Shown: in pieces, positions 10,991 to 22,927 of the stretch
Position numbering within the stretch: position 1 is the stretch's first letter
How the letters are laid out: each line of letters begins with the position of its first letter
Source: Okamejei kenojei
Lineage: Eukaryota
Direction of reading: 5' to 3'
Length of the DNA: 64,000 bases
NCBI GenBank assembly: GCA_035221665.1
Contig: CM069145.1
Coordinates: 57,412,001 to 57,476,000 of the forward strand
Notes under the pieces: model-generated
The model's database searches: none
The model's input: the letters and a program-made list of their open reading frames with translations, nothing else
Told to the model about the DNA's origin: nothing
Position numbers and translations under genes: made by a program

Positions 10991-13900
10991 TTACTTTCGT
11001 GAAATAAACAACTTAGAAACCAAATTAAATTGATACTGGACCGCTCTCTTTAACTCCTCTCTGAATTTGCTTTGAATCGCTGCATAGATAAACGTGTTGG
11101 TGCAAGAGCTTAGAAGCTGCAGCATGTTCCCGGTTTCCTGGAGAATAAAGCGGGGGTCATTGAAACTTCCGAAGTTATAGTCATTGACAATGCGCACGCG
11201 TAAAAATTGTATGACATACGTCAGCCACAGCAGGATGAAACTCCCCGAGATGGTGAACAGCAAAACGATGGACTTCTTCCTGCTCTCCATTTGTGGGTCA
11301 CTCTGAGTCTCTCCGTTGCTCTGGACTCGGAGTCTCCTGCGGGCTCTACTGGCCGCCAGGATGTATCTGACCGTTAGAGCATTGAGCAGCAAAATCAGGA
11401 GGAATGGGAGACAGGGGGTCAAAATACTATCGAACCAGTCAAATGCTGTCCACACGGGTGAGGTGTATCGGATTTCCTTAATTCTGCAATACCATGGGAC
11501 ATTGTCGACCACATAGATAGGCTCGTGTATGAAGTAAAATGGGACGTTGGTCAAACAGCCCAGTGTACAGATGGTCCCTATAACCACTGCCGCCGTCCGC
11601 TCGGTGCAATACTTCGCTTTAAAGTTCTGGCAGCAAATAGCTACAAATCGATCAAAGGTGAAGCTGACCGTTAACCAGACTGAGCTGACCCTGGCCGCAA
11701 AGGTTAGCACGTTGCTGACACTACACACGGGAGTGATCGAGAGGAAACTGCCCGGAAAATACATCCCACTGAGCCGGTTGATTATCACAGCGGTGATAAT
11801 GACGAGAAGATCAGTCACCGCCATGGAGACCAGGTAACGAGTGATACACCGGGAGAGGCCGCACCTTCCTCGGGACAGGATCACAATTGCCACTAAATTA
11901 GCTGCACGCAAGAGAGAGAGAGAGAGAACGAGCGAGAGAGAGAGAAAGATTAGAGAAAGACAAGTTAGTGGAACTTAGTGGAGTGGCTTTTTCCAGGGAG
12001 AAGATACTTCGGAAACTGAAAGGCCTGAAGGTGGATAGGTCACCTGGGCCGGATAGACTGCACCCTAGCGTTCTGAAAGAGGTGGCTTTAGAGATTGTGG
12101 AGGCATTGATATTGATATTTCAGGAATCACTATAGTCAGCAGTGGTCGCAGATGATTGGAATAGTACCCATATTACCCCGCTGCACAAAAAGGGGTCAAA
12201 GCAAAATAGTGCGAACTATAGGCCGGTTAGTCTGACTTCAGTGTTTGGAATGATTTTAGAGTCCATTATAAAGGATGAGGTTACGGAGTACTTAGAAGTT
12301 CACGATAAAATAGGCCGATGTCAGCGTGGCTTTGTGAAGGGGTGGTCTTGCTTGACAAATGTGCTGGAATTCTTTGAAATAGCAGGACAGACAAAGGAGA
12401 GTCGGTAGATATTGAACACTTAGATTTCCAGAAACCCTTTCATAAGGTGCCACGCGTTAGGCTGCTAGATGAGATGAGAAGATAATGCCCACTGTATCAA
12501 AGGGGAGATACCAGCCTGGATAGTAGGTTGGCTGGATGGCACAAGACAAAGAGTGGCAAAAAACGGGGCTTTTCAGGTCACGGTTGAGTTCCGCAAGGGT
12601 CGGTGCTGGGGCCGCTACTCTTCACGTTATATATTAATCTTTTGGACCAGCGGATTGAAGGCTTGGTGGCAAAGTTTGCGGATGAGACAAAAAGAGATGG
12701 AGGGGCAAATAGTGTAGAGAATGCGGGGACTCTGCAGGAGGACTTGGACGGGTTGGATTATTGGGCAGTGCAGTGGTACATGGAAGATAGTGTAGCAGAG
12801 TGTGGAGTCATGCATTTTGGCAGTGGGATTAAAGGCGTGGTCTATTTTCTAAATGGGGTGAGAATCCAGAAATCGGAGGAACAAAGAGACTTGGGAGTGC
12901 TGGTGCAGAATTCCCAAAAAGTTAATCTGCAAGTCAAATCGGTAGTAAAGAAAACAAACTCAATGCTAGCATAATTTCACGAGGACTTGTAGACAAAAAC
13001 AGGGATGTAATGTTGAGGCTCTGTATGGCGCTGGTAAGGCCGCATTTGGAATATTGTGAGCAATTTTTGGCAGCATATCTGAAGAGGATCCAGAGGAGGT
13101 TTACAAGAATGATCCCAGGAATTAGTAGGTTAACCTATGATGAGCGGTTGTCGGCGCTGGACTTGTACTCGCTGGAGTTAAGAAGAAAGAGGTGAGACCA
13201 CATTGAAACATTCAGAATGGTGAAATGTTTGGATAGAGTGGACGTGGAAAGGATATTTCAACTAGTAGGAAAGTATAGGACTAGGGGCCTCAGAATTAAA
13301 GGACGTTCTTTTTAGAAGGAAATTAGGTGAAATGTCTTCAGTCAGAGGTTGGTGAATCTGTGGGATTCTTTGCTCAGAATGCTGTGGAGGCCGTCAGTGG
13401 ATATCTTTAAGGCAGATTTCTACAGATTCTTGATTAGTACAGTTGTCAGAGGTTATGGTGGGAAGGCAGGAGAATTAGGTTAGGAGGAAAGGATAGACCA
13501 GCCATGATTGAACGGCGGAATAGGCGTCATGCGCCGAATGGCCCAATTCAACTCCTATGCCTTATGACCTTTTGACAACATTTTATTAATGCCCTGAGCC
13601 CGAAAAATCCTGGGGTTCAGCTACCATTTTCCACGAACCACTGCAAGTTAATGAGGACTTGGGTACAAGAGCTGCAGTTGCTTCTGGTTCTGTTGACACG
13701 GCACCTGGGAGGTTAAAGGGCGTGGATTGATTCCTTACACAGGGCCATTTGGGAGAGCGAGGAAGCAGACTCGTTTTCAGAACTTAGACCAATGCAGTCC
13801 TCTTTTGATACATAGATAATTCTTACAGGTTCTGTCGCTGAGTGTATTTAAAATGCATAGATCGACAGTCTTTTTTGCAAATGGAAGATGTTGTTAATAC

Positions 13901-15462
13901 AGGAAAAATCAGGCTGATTGAAAAGTTAAAATTGAGAAGTTAAAAACTGTTAAAATTGTACAAGGCATTGGTAAGACCAATTCTGGAGTATGGTGTACAA
14001 TTTTGGTCGCCTAGTTATAGGAAGGATGTCAACAAAATAGAGAGAGTACAGAGGAGATTTACTAGAATGTTGCCAGGGTTCCAGCAACTCTGTTACAGAG
14101 AAAGGTTGAACAAGTTAGGTCTTTATTCTTTGGAGCGCAGAAGGTTAAGGGGGGACTTGATTGAGGTCTTTAAAATGATGAAAGGGATAGACAGAGTTGA
14201 CGTGGATACGTTTTTCCCATTGAGGGTAGGGAAGATTCAAACAAGAGGGCATGACATGAGAATTAAGGGACAGAAGTTTCGGGGTAACGTGAGGGGGAAC
14301 ATCTTTACTCAGAGGGTGGTGGCTGTGTGGAATGAGCTTCCAGCAGAAGTGGTGGAGGCAGGATCGATTTTAACATTTAAGAGTAAAGTGGATAGGTATA
14401 TGGACGTGAAGGGAATGACGGGGTATGGTCTGAGTGCAGGTAGATGGGACTAGGGGAAAACAAATGGTCGGCACGGACTGGAAGGGCCGAGAGGGCCTGT
14501 TTCCGTGCTGTAATTGTTATATGGTTATATGGTTAAAAGCGGTGCAGAAATAAGAAAGCAAATTACTGAAGAAACTCAGCGTGTCAGGCAGCATCTGCGA
14601 AGGAAAATGGACAGATGGCGTTTTGGATCGAGACAGTTCTACGAACATGTTTATACGTCCCTCAGTTATAGGAGCAGAATTAGGCGATTCGGCCGAAGAT
14701 AGACACAAAAAGCTGGAGTAACTCAGCAGGACAGGCGGCATCTCTGCAGAGAAGGAATGGGCGATGTTTCGGGTCGAAACCCTTTCGGCCCATCTACTCT
14801 GCCATTCAAACATGACTGATCTATCTTTCCCTCTCAACCCCATTCTCATGCCTTCTCTCCATAATCCCATGACACCCTTGCTAATCAAGAATCTGTCAAT
14901 CTCTACCTGTAAAAAAAGCCAATGACGTGGACTCCACAGCTGTTTGTGGCAATGAATTCCACAGATTCACCACCCTCTGACTAAAGAAATTCATTTTCCT
15001 CACATCTATGGGTACGTCCTTCTAATCTGACGCTATGTCTCTGGTCCTAGATTATCCCACTAGTGGAAACATCCTCTCCACATTCGCTCCATCAGACATT
15101 TCACTATTCGGTAAGTATCAGTGAGGCCTCCATCATTTTTGTAAACTCCTTTCCATGCCTTTGCCTCCACTGAACACGTTTGTAGGTTTCACTGAGAGAA
15201 ACTCAGTCGACACTCATTCCGACACGAATACGTCTTTCTTCGCCACACAGCATCCAGAAGTGAAGCGAATCCACCCGGTGAGTTCTGAAAGGTGTTTGGG
15301 GAACCGTAAACTAAATTTCACCACCTTTGCATCCAAGCGCTCGTGAGATTACAGTTATAATGAGGAACACGTGTATTACTGACATCGCTTACCTGGGATA
15401 GCGACGACGGCAAGAACAGTGTAGTAAATGACATAGGGCAGGCCCGTTGGTGGAGCGTGCAT
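10991..15462 (-). CDS. GPCR-1: GPR139/GPR142-like rhodopsin-class 7TM receptor; exon 1 15393-15462, exon 2 10991-11901; 326 aa, intact
   Basis: Exon 1 reads MHAPPTGLPYVIYYTVLAVVAIP+G|gtaagc. The acceptor (tc)n..gtgcag|CT AAT gives ANLVAIVILSRGRC. Total CDS is 981 nt with seven hydrophobic segments and motifs SVWLTVSFTFDRFVAIC and NMLQLLSSCTNTFIY, resembling GPR139 TSIWITVPLTIDRYIAVC and NMLALLNTAINFFLY. Confidence 0.9.
11911..11945. repeat. (GA)n microsatellite serving as the polypyrimidine tract of the GPCR-1 acceptor
   Basis: (TC)n on the minus strand immediately upstream of the gtgcag acceptor at 11902-11904. Confidence 0.8.
11990..13575 (+). mobile_element. Degenerate CR1 LINE (RT to 3' end) in the GPCR-1 intron
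   Basis: NYRPVSLTS, SCLTNVLEFFE, LGPLLFTLYI, KFADE and LVRPHLEYC, with many stops and frameshifts. Confidence 0.9.
13948..14535 (+). mobile_element. Young CR1 3' fragment, near-identical to 9872-10457
   Basis: ORF 13956-14453 is almost identical to the end of ORF 9802-10377 and has the same (ttatatgg)n tail. Confidence 0.95.
14790..15145 (-). mobile_element. CR1 3' fragment, preceded by Penelope-derived half-palindromes at 14560-14785
   Basis: Reverse complement of a CR1 3' end (VVNLWNSLPQ region). Confidence 0.7.
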
Positions 15463-15532
15463 TTTCAGAAAGATGAAGTCGCTTCTGTACCCAGCGCCAC
15501 ATGCGATCTGTTCAGCTTTTTAAAAAATCCCC

Positions 15533-15539
15533 TTTTATA
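15533..15539 (-). promoter_or_regulatory. TATA box of GPCR-1
   Basis: TATAAAA on the minus strand about 70 nt upstream of ATG 15462. Confidence 0.5.
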
Positions 15540-15734
15540 CCAGATTCGAGTTTGCCGCTGGGGAAAACTAACTACCATCATCATTAGTGTTTGTGAAATT
15601 GAGTTGCTCAACAAGGTTACATCATCACTAACATCAGTTGCAGCCATTGAGCGAACAAGGAATAGGGTGGATATTGGGGGTTTTAAGAGAATTGTTCGTG
15701 CCATTCATGTTTAAAGTTTACGTTTACATTTACG

Positions 15735-15995
15735 TTTAAGGTGAAGGGCAAAAGATTTAAAGGGAATCTGTTGGGTGACTTTTTCACACAATGGGCAGTG
15801 CGGCAAGCGGCCAGAGGATATAGTTAAGGCACGGACTTTCCCAACGTTAAGAAACACTTAGACGAGTACATGGATGGGACAAGTTTGTAGGGATGTGGAC
15901 TAAACGCGGGCGGGACCAGTGTGGCTGGGACATGTTGGTCGCAGTGGGCAAGTTTGGCCGAACGGCCTGTTTCCACGCACTGTTACTCTATGACT
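15735..15995 (+). mobile_element. CR1 3' fragment upstream of GPCR-1
   Basis: aaggtgaagggcaaaagatttaa..ggccgaacggcctgtttccacg..ctctatgactct tail. Confidence 0.7.
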
Positions 15996-16529
15996 CTCGA
16001 GAGTGAAGACGAGTTCCCAAAACCCGACTGAGCCTTTTTAGGTGTCGTCCCACAATAGATCATAAAGAGTAACTCTGGGGCCAGGCAGCATCTGTGGAGG
16101 GTATGGAGAGACGACGTTTCGGTTCTGACCCTTTCTCCAGACTGCGTAAATATAGTTGGCTCTACACTCACAATTCACACCATTGTGTATCAGAAAGAAA
16201 CAAGTGGATTGCTGGGCTGCAGCTGTGAATATGGGCCAGATCACAACTGAAGGCACACCCAGCCCATCAACCCTCTCACGCGTGGGTACTGGTACCAGGA
16301 CACTGAAGACTATCTGTGGCTACCCAACATTTCCAACTCACGGATTCATCGCTATCTGCCAACATGTCTGGCTCCGGGGTCACTGCTACTGAATATGTTC
16401 GATCCTGACAAATGTGGACTCTGGAACAGCAGTCGATATGCTGGATATGGGGGTATTTATGGGGATATGTACAATCAATATGCCAAAGACATTTCATGGT
16501 CCATTTTGGCACTCATTTCATAGTTCACT

Positions 16530-17045
16530 TCAGTTTAGTTTTTTTTTCAAATGTACCGAGGTACAGTGAAACGCTTTTTGATGTGTGCCAACAAGTCAGC
16601 AGAAAGACAATGCACGATTACAATCAATCCACTTACAGTGCATAGATGCATGATAAGGGAATAACGTTTAGTGCAAGGTAAAGCCAGCAGAATCCGATCA
16701 AGGATAGTCTGAGCGACATCTGAGGTAGTTTAGCACTGCTCTCTGGTTGTGGCAGGATGAATCGAGTTGCCTGATAACAGCTGGGAAGAAGCTGCCCCTG
16801 AATCTGGTGTGTGTTTTCACACTTCTACACTTCTTGCATGATGGGAGAGGGGAGAAGAGGGAGTGGCGAGGGTGCGACCTGTCCTTGATAATGCTGCTTA
16901 CCTTGACGAGGCAGCGTGAGGTATTAATGGAATCAACAGAAGATAGGTTGGTTTGTGTGAAGGCCTGGGCTGCATCCACAATTCGCTGTAATTTCTTATG
17001 GTCTTGAATGGAGCTGTTCTCAAACCAAACTGTGATTCATTCTGA
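16530..17045 (-). mobile_element. Rex1/Babar-like non-LTR 3' fragment
   Basis: SIIKDRSHPRHSLFSPLPS..RFRGSFFPAVIRQL, a typical Rex1 C-terminus. Confidence 0.75.
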
Positions 17046-17260
17046 TCCATTCTTTCCTCATTTATTTATATTCCTCAAAGGTCCTATATAACTCCATCCT
17101 TTTAAACCCCACACGTGCTTTCATTTTTTTTCTCTTTTTGAGTAAATGTACATCTTTGTCATTCAAGATTCCCTTATATTTGCATTGTGATCCATCTTCC
17201 TGACTGGAACATACCGATCCTGAACTAGTCTTTAAACGACTTCCATATGTTAGATGTTTA

Positions 17261-17494
17261 AGAAAGAACTGCAGATGCTGGATAATTCGAAGGTTGACAA
17301 ACAATGCAGGAAAAACTCATTGGGCAAGGCAGCATCTATGGAGAGAAGGAATAGGCGACGTTTCGGGTCGAGACCCTTCTTCAGATGGACCCTTCTTCAT
17401 TCTGAAGAAAGGTCTCGACCCGAGACGTCGCCTATTCCTTCTCTCCATAGATGCTGCCTCACCCGCTACGTTTCTCCAGCATTTTTGTCCACCT
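17261..17494. repeat. Penelope-derived palindrome carrying two inverted hammerhead-like motifs
   Basis: About 95-bp inverted arms (17291-17385 and 17401-17494) around a 15-nt spacer. Confidence 0.75.
17357..17384 (-). ncRNA. Minimal type I hammerhead ribozyme-like motif
   Basis: The minus strand reads CUGAAGA-A-GGGUC-UC-GACCC-GAAAC-GUC: intact CUGANGA and GAAA boxes, stem II hairpin, palindromic ACGU in place of stem III and a GUC cleavage triplet. Stem I is weak or absent. Confidence 0.55.
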
Positions 17495-17624
17495 CCGTAT
17501 GTTAGTTGTACTGTTACCTAATAACACTCCCGAGCTCCTGCTCAATGATGCTGTAATTTCCCTTACTCCAATTTAGTACTCCCTGCAAGGTCTAGCCTTC
17601 TCCCTATAATGCACAATATACCAC

Positions 17625-18362
17625 TAGGGGCGCCGCACGATTGGCAGCCCCGGCAACAGTCTGTCTGTTTCTTCGTCTTTTTTTATTTTTAGTGTGTGTT
17701 AAAAGTTCGTGTAAATGTTCTCCGGCTTGTTTGATGTGGGGGGAGGGGGTAGGGGTAGGGAGAAAGATGTTCTCAGTTTCTTACCTTGACGGGAGATGCG
17801 ATTGTTTTCCGGGTCGTATATCCGGTCGCTCTTCAGCCTAACATCGATGGAGCTGGAGTCTTCCTCGGATTGACTTTGAGCCCTACCGCGGGGTGTGGAC
17901 TTAACATCGGAGCTGATCCCTTGGGATCGCTCCAACCGCGGCCTGCGGACTTTCCTATTGTGAGCTCGCAGTCTCGGGAGAGGCCGAGTCGGGAAGCTCC
18001 AACTACTCAGCACCTCGACCAGTCCCGACGCGGGATCCGATCGCCGGCGCGGGGGAGCTGACATACCCCCAGATGCAAAAGCTGATCTCCCCGATGCGGA
18101 GAGCCCAAACGCCGCCGGCGACGGGAGTCAAAATCGTCCCGTTAACGGTGGGATCGAACCCCCGACCGCGGGAGAGCAAAGAAGGGAAGAGATTTGAACT
18201 TTCTGTGGAGGAGTCACAGTGGTGGATGTTTATGTTAAAATAATATTTTGTGAGTTCCGTTGCTTTTTTATTTGTACAACTGAGTTGGCAAATGCAATTA
18301 CTCGTACGTTGCAAAACATACTTGGCTAATAAAGTATTATTGTGATTGTGATTGTGATTGAT
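17625..18362 (+). mobile_element. GC-rich non-autonomous retroposon (about 0.7 kb) with a LINE-like tail
   Basis: Head ggggcgcc..tggcagcc, a T-rich tract and G-run, and 3' aataaa+(gtgatt)n. Related copies are at 36045-36852 and 56797-57543 (both minus). Confidence 0.6.
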
Positions 18363-18429
18363 TCAAAGCGACCTTAAGACTTATGGAGTTGTGATTACTA
18401 TCCCCCAAATGCTCTTCGATTTAAATGCC

Positions 18430-18990
18430 AGTCACCTGGCAAGACACATTTCGCTACACAAGGTTCAATCTGGTCCCTTCTCAGATTGGACTATCCACAT
18501 GCTACGTACGAGAAACCGCCTTGGATACATCGAACACATTCTGCACCTATGGCATTCAGCAAGTCCCAGTCTATATAGTTAAAGTCATCCCCTAAAGAAA
18601 ATGTATTGCTGTGGCATCTTGTGCATGTCTGTTTGTCTATCTCCCGCTTGCTATTGGGGGACCTACAGTGCAATTCCATTAGAGTACGTGCACCTTTCCT
18701 ATTTTTAAGCTCTACCCGTGTAGCCTGAGGGGGGGACACCACATATCGATGTGTCCTATGGTTGGCGCATTGACAGTCTCCCTGAGTAGCAGCTACTGCT
18801 CTCTCCAACCTCTGAAACATCAAAACCCCGTGGCACTGACTGCCAGTCGTGTCCAACTCGCAACGATATTTCGACAATGGTCACAACATTGTCGTTCCAA
18901 GCACAATTCTTTCTAAGTTCATCGATTAGTGTATTTGTTCTTCCCCAAATTATCCTTGCGTTGAATAAACTTATTTTATTCCATCAGCTT
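18430..18990 (-). mobile_element. Old CR1 ORF2 endonuclease fragment
   Basis: VELKNRKG..RSPNSKREIDKQTC..GDDFNYIDW..VRCIQ resembles the CR1 APE at 6600-6960. Confidence 0.65.
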
Positions 18991-19655
18991 CATCAGATTC
19001 CATCACCTGTCCCTGCCCGTCCTTCCTTTGAGACCTACTGGTGCTAACCTCTACCTTCGAATCGCTCTTTCCAATTTCTGCCCAACTATTATGGTCCCCT
19101 CCCCACCTTTCTTGTGTTCTGTGACTTCATTCACGCAAAATCAAGACCTATTAACGCTGACCACTGCAAGCTCTCCCTCCCACCAATATGTACTGCAAAT
19201 CCACGGAAATAGAAAATAGATGCGGAATTTGATAGATTTTTAAATTTTATTTATTTCAACAAGAAGAATAGAATCTTGATCGAAACAGTCCTGGATTAAA
19301 TCTGCGAGTCAGGCAGTATCGCTGGAGGAAATTGATAGGCGACGTTTCGGATCATAACCTTTCGTCAGATGGACAACAGTGGGGCGGAGACAGCTGGAAC
19401 AGAGAAGTGCGGGCAGGATAAAGCCTGGGAAGTGACAACTGGATACGCAGATGGCAGATGGATGGTGTAAGTAAACAACGGGGATGAAAAAGAGAAAATA
19501 ATTCCTATCTGCCCCTCTACAACTACCATCACTGACCCCGCAATTCAGAGACATCTTACACTATGCTTATAGCTGACAATAGATCACACAATTCAAAAAT
19601 AACCGACTTAATTGTAACTCTTGCTTGTTAGTAGAATCTGAGAAGGGCTTTTGTT

Positions 19656-22600
19656 TTATTTCAACATTCTGCTAATTAGTTTGAATGGATATTTCACAGC
19701 GCCTTTCAACTGCTCCCTGAATTTGGTCTGCGTCCCTGCATAAATGCACGTGTTGGTGCAGGAACTGAGAAGCTGCAACATGTACCCGCTCTCCTGCAGG
19801 ATAAACATTGGGTCCTTGCTATTGGAGCCGATGGAATAGGTATCGCTTCTAATTTGCACAACGAGAAAATATATAATGTAGGTCAACCACAGGAGGATAA
19901 AACTGCCCGAGATGGCGAAGAGTAAAATGATCGACTTCCTCCTGCTCTCCATCTCGGGGTCACTCTGTTTATCGCCGTTGCTCTGGGCCCGGAGTCGCAT
20001 GCGAGCTCTGCTGGCGGCTAGAATGAATCTGACTGTCAGAGCGTTGAGCAGCAAAATCAAGACAAACGGTAGGCAGGGGCTTAGAATACGGTCTAGCCAG
20101 TCATAAACTTTCCATCCAACTGAATTATAATAGAATTCCGTTATGCTGCAGTACCAGGGTACGTTATCAATGATTTGCATCGCCTCATATATAAAGTAAA
20201 AGGGGACGTTTTTCAAGCTGGCCGCCACGCAGACGACTCCTATAACAAGAGCCGCGGTTTTCTCGGTGCAGTACCTCAGCTTTAGCTTTTGGCAGCAAAT
20301 GGCGAGGAACCGGTCGAAGGTGAAAGCGACCGTTAACCAAACGGAAGTGTCTCTGGAAGCGCAGCTGAGGACAATAATCAGACTGCAGGCTGGTGTGGTG
20401 GACAGGAATGTAACTGGGAAATAAATCGCCCGGAGCCGGCTTAATATCACAGCGGTGATAATGACCAGAAAGTCCGTCACCGCCATGAACACCAGGTAGC
20501 GAGTGATGCACTTGGAGAGGCCGCACTTTCCTTGGGACAGGATCACAATCGTCACCACGTTCGCTGCAAAAGAAAGAGAGAGTAGCCATGAGACAAATAT
20601 TGGTGAGGTTACTGTCGACCTTACCTGTTGTCTGATGGCCGGTCTGTGGCGAATAAAATCGATCCGTTAACTGATGGTTATCTTCAGATGAAGGAAATTT
20701 GCAGAGTGGAGGGGTGAGATAGGTGGAAGTCCATGTGGTTCGCAAGGAAAAGAAGGGAAGAGGGGGGTAAAGCCGTGAGGTGGGTGGCGATGGTTGAGGT
20801 CTTTTATTTTCTTTGTTGCTTCGGTGACTCGGGAAAAGATCGCCCAGTGGCTCCGCTAATAACGCGGAATACTTCAGCCACCGCAGCACTTAGGCGTTAC
20901 TTCAATGACCCCTCAACAAAACAACAGCACTGTCAGTGTTGTAGATGGCACGTTTCTGGGAACGTGGGGCCACAATGTTTGAAAAAAAAACCACCGAAAA
21001 CACAACCTTTACGTAGAGCATTGAATAGCACAGCAAAGAAACAGACCCGTTGTAGATGTCGAACATAACATCAGGTCGAAGATATCTTCTCTTCCTACAC
21101 GTAATCTCGATTTAAAGCTATGCGCTCAAGTATTTGATACATCCACACGGGGAAAATAATCCGACTGCCAACCCTATCTATACCTATCATAGTTTTATAC
21201 ACTCCTATCAGGTCTCCCCTCAGCCTCCAACCATGCTGAGAAAGCAATCCCAGTTTGTCAATTTCTCTTTATAGAGGCTATCCCCTAATCCAGGCACTAT
21301 TCTGGACTCTCTCCAAACTATCCACTTCATTCCGGTAATGGCGACCGAACAGTGCGCATTGAATGCGCAGTCTGAATCCTCGCCGTGATTTCACAACATA
21401 GCTCAGCAATAAATGTCCCCATGTGTCAGAACAGCAACGTTTTGGCTGGCTATAATTTGACATCACCCGGTAAAGCTGCTTTTAGCAACTAACAGGAAAG
21501 AAGCTTGATTCCCGTTCATTGCAGGAAATGACTGATAACGTTGTCCAAATAGACAGCTAACAACAGTAAATGCATCTACTATACATGTAATGACGAGAGA
21601 ACAAACCAACAAACCAGGAAACATCTGCGACAATGCTAACCAGAAACTGAAGAGTAACCAAAATGATGAGTAACAATATTTGATGTTAATTTAACAATAT
21701 TCGATGTTAATCGCATTGTCCATTTAGTTCACGATGAGTTTATGGATACATACAGCAAAACATAGATGCACAGATCAGAGACAAGACGTTCATTACAAGC
21801 GGTTATTGCGGATCAGAGGCATCTGCGGAGGTTGAAACGGGAAGCAAAACTGACGCATAAAATAATACCGATTCAATAGTTTCAGATCCCCATTCACGTC
21901 CGCGTGCCCATAATATTGGTGCAGTTATCGCCGTTATACTGTATAATGTTGTAATGCTGTCTTCTAGGGCCTATCTGACAGGCAAAGCCTGAGTATACAG
22001 AATGTCCAAACTATATTCAAAGCAAGCAGTAATTCGTGGATCTATGAGGGACAGTACATTATTAACACTGATATCGGACGAGATAATTACATCTCTGAAC
22101 GTAACTTAAAAGCACAAGACGACACTGCAGAACAACCTCAGCGATAATATAAATAGAATAGATTTGTTGAGCGACGTGATTATATTCGCATTTCGCTAAG
22201 AGAGCACAATGGACAATCGAAGGAGCATCAGGACACCGTGCGGTTTGAGCCGAGAACTCAGGCAGCGGCTGAAAAGGCGCAATTATCGCCGTTATACAGT
22301 ATAATGTTGCAACGCTGTCTTCTGCCGCTATCTGATAGGCAAAGCCCGAGTAGACAGAATGTCCAATCTATATTCAAAGCAAGCAGTCATTCGTGGATTG
22401 GCGAGGGGCAGTACATTATTAACACTGATATTGGACGAGAAAAATACATCTCTGAACGCAACTTAAAAGCACAAGACGACACCGCAGAACAACCTCAGAG
22501 ACAATATAAATAGAATGGATTTGTTGAGCGACGTGATTATATTCGTATTTCGCGAAGAGAACGACGGACAATCGAAGGAGCATCGGGTGTGCGCGGTTTG

Positions 22601-22787
22601 AGCCGAGAACTCAGGCAGCGGCTGAAAAGGAAAGCCCACGATTATAATGAGCTGCCAAGTATACAGCGAGGAAGCGGTCAAACATGAAACATTGGCATCT
22701 TCACTGCCAAACATTACCTAGTACACCGAAGGTCGCGAGAGCAGAATAATAAATGGCAAAGACTGGTCCATTTCCAGGTGCATGCAT
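19656..22787 (-). CDS. GPCR-2: GPR139/GPR142-like 7TM receptor; exon 1 22718-22787, exon 2 19656-20563; 325 aa, intact
   Basis: Exon 1 reads MHAPGNGPVFAIYYSALATFGVL+G|gtaatg. The acceptor ttttgcag|CG AAC gives ANVVTIVILSQGKC. The frame is open to TAA at 19656-19658; DRF and SSCTNTCIY motifs are present. Confidence 0.9.
21050..21365 (-). mobile_element. Old CR1 3' fragment in the GPCR-2 intron
   Basis: Reverse complement of the LERVQ..RLRGDLIGVYKT region. Confidence 0.55.
21921..22630. repeat. Tandem duplication of about 355 bp (2 copies) in the GPCR-2 intron
   Basis: Copies start gcagttatcgccgttata (21921) and gcaattatcgccgttata (22279); both end actcaggcagcggctgaaaagg. Confidence 0.9.
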
Positions 22788-22843
22788 CTTCCGTGTTGAT
22801 ATATTTCTAAGCTGCAGCTTTTCCAAATTGACTGTGACACATC

Positions 22844-22927
22844 TATTTATATCTGACGTTAACTGCCTAAACGCCAATCGGTTGTTGCAGTTTTCTGAAC
22901 AAACAAATTAAGGTAGTCATTTTCACG
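22844..22927 (-). promoter_or_regulatory. GPCR-2 proximal promoter: TATA plus a 42-bp block conserved with GPCR-3
   Basis: TATAAATA at 22844-22851. Block 22886-22927 (CGTGAAAATGACTACCTTAATTTGTTTGTTCAGAAAACTGCA on minus) matches 30845-30886 at 37 of 42 positions. Confidence 0.55.

Noticed and set aside
17621-17634. CTCF-like CCACTAGGGGCGCC at the retroposon head
   Set aside because: One base short of the core consensus, and not preserved in the other copies.
20185-20889. 234-aa ORF overlapping GPCR-2, and the similar ORF 32272-32691
   Set aside because: Alternative-frame shadows of the GPCR coding exon running into intron; their similarity reflects nucleotide identity of the paralogs.
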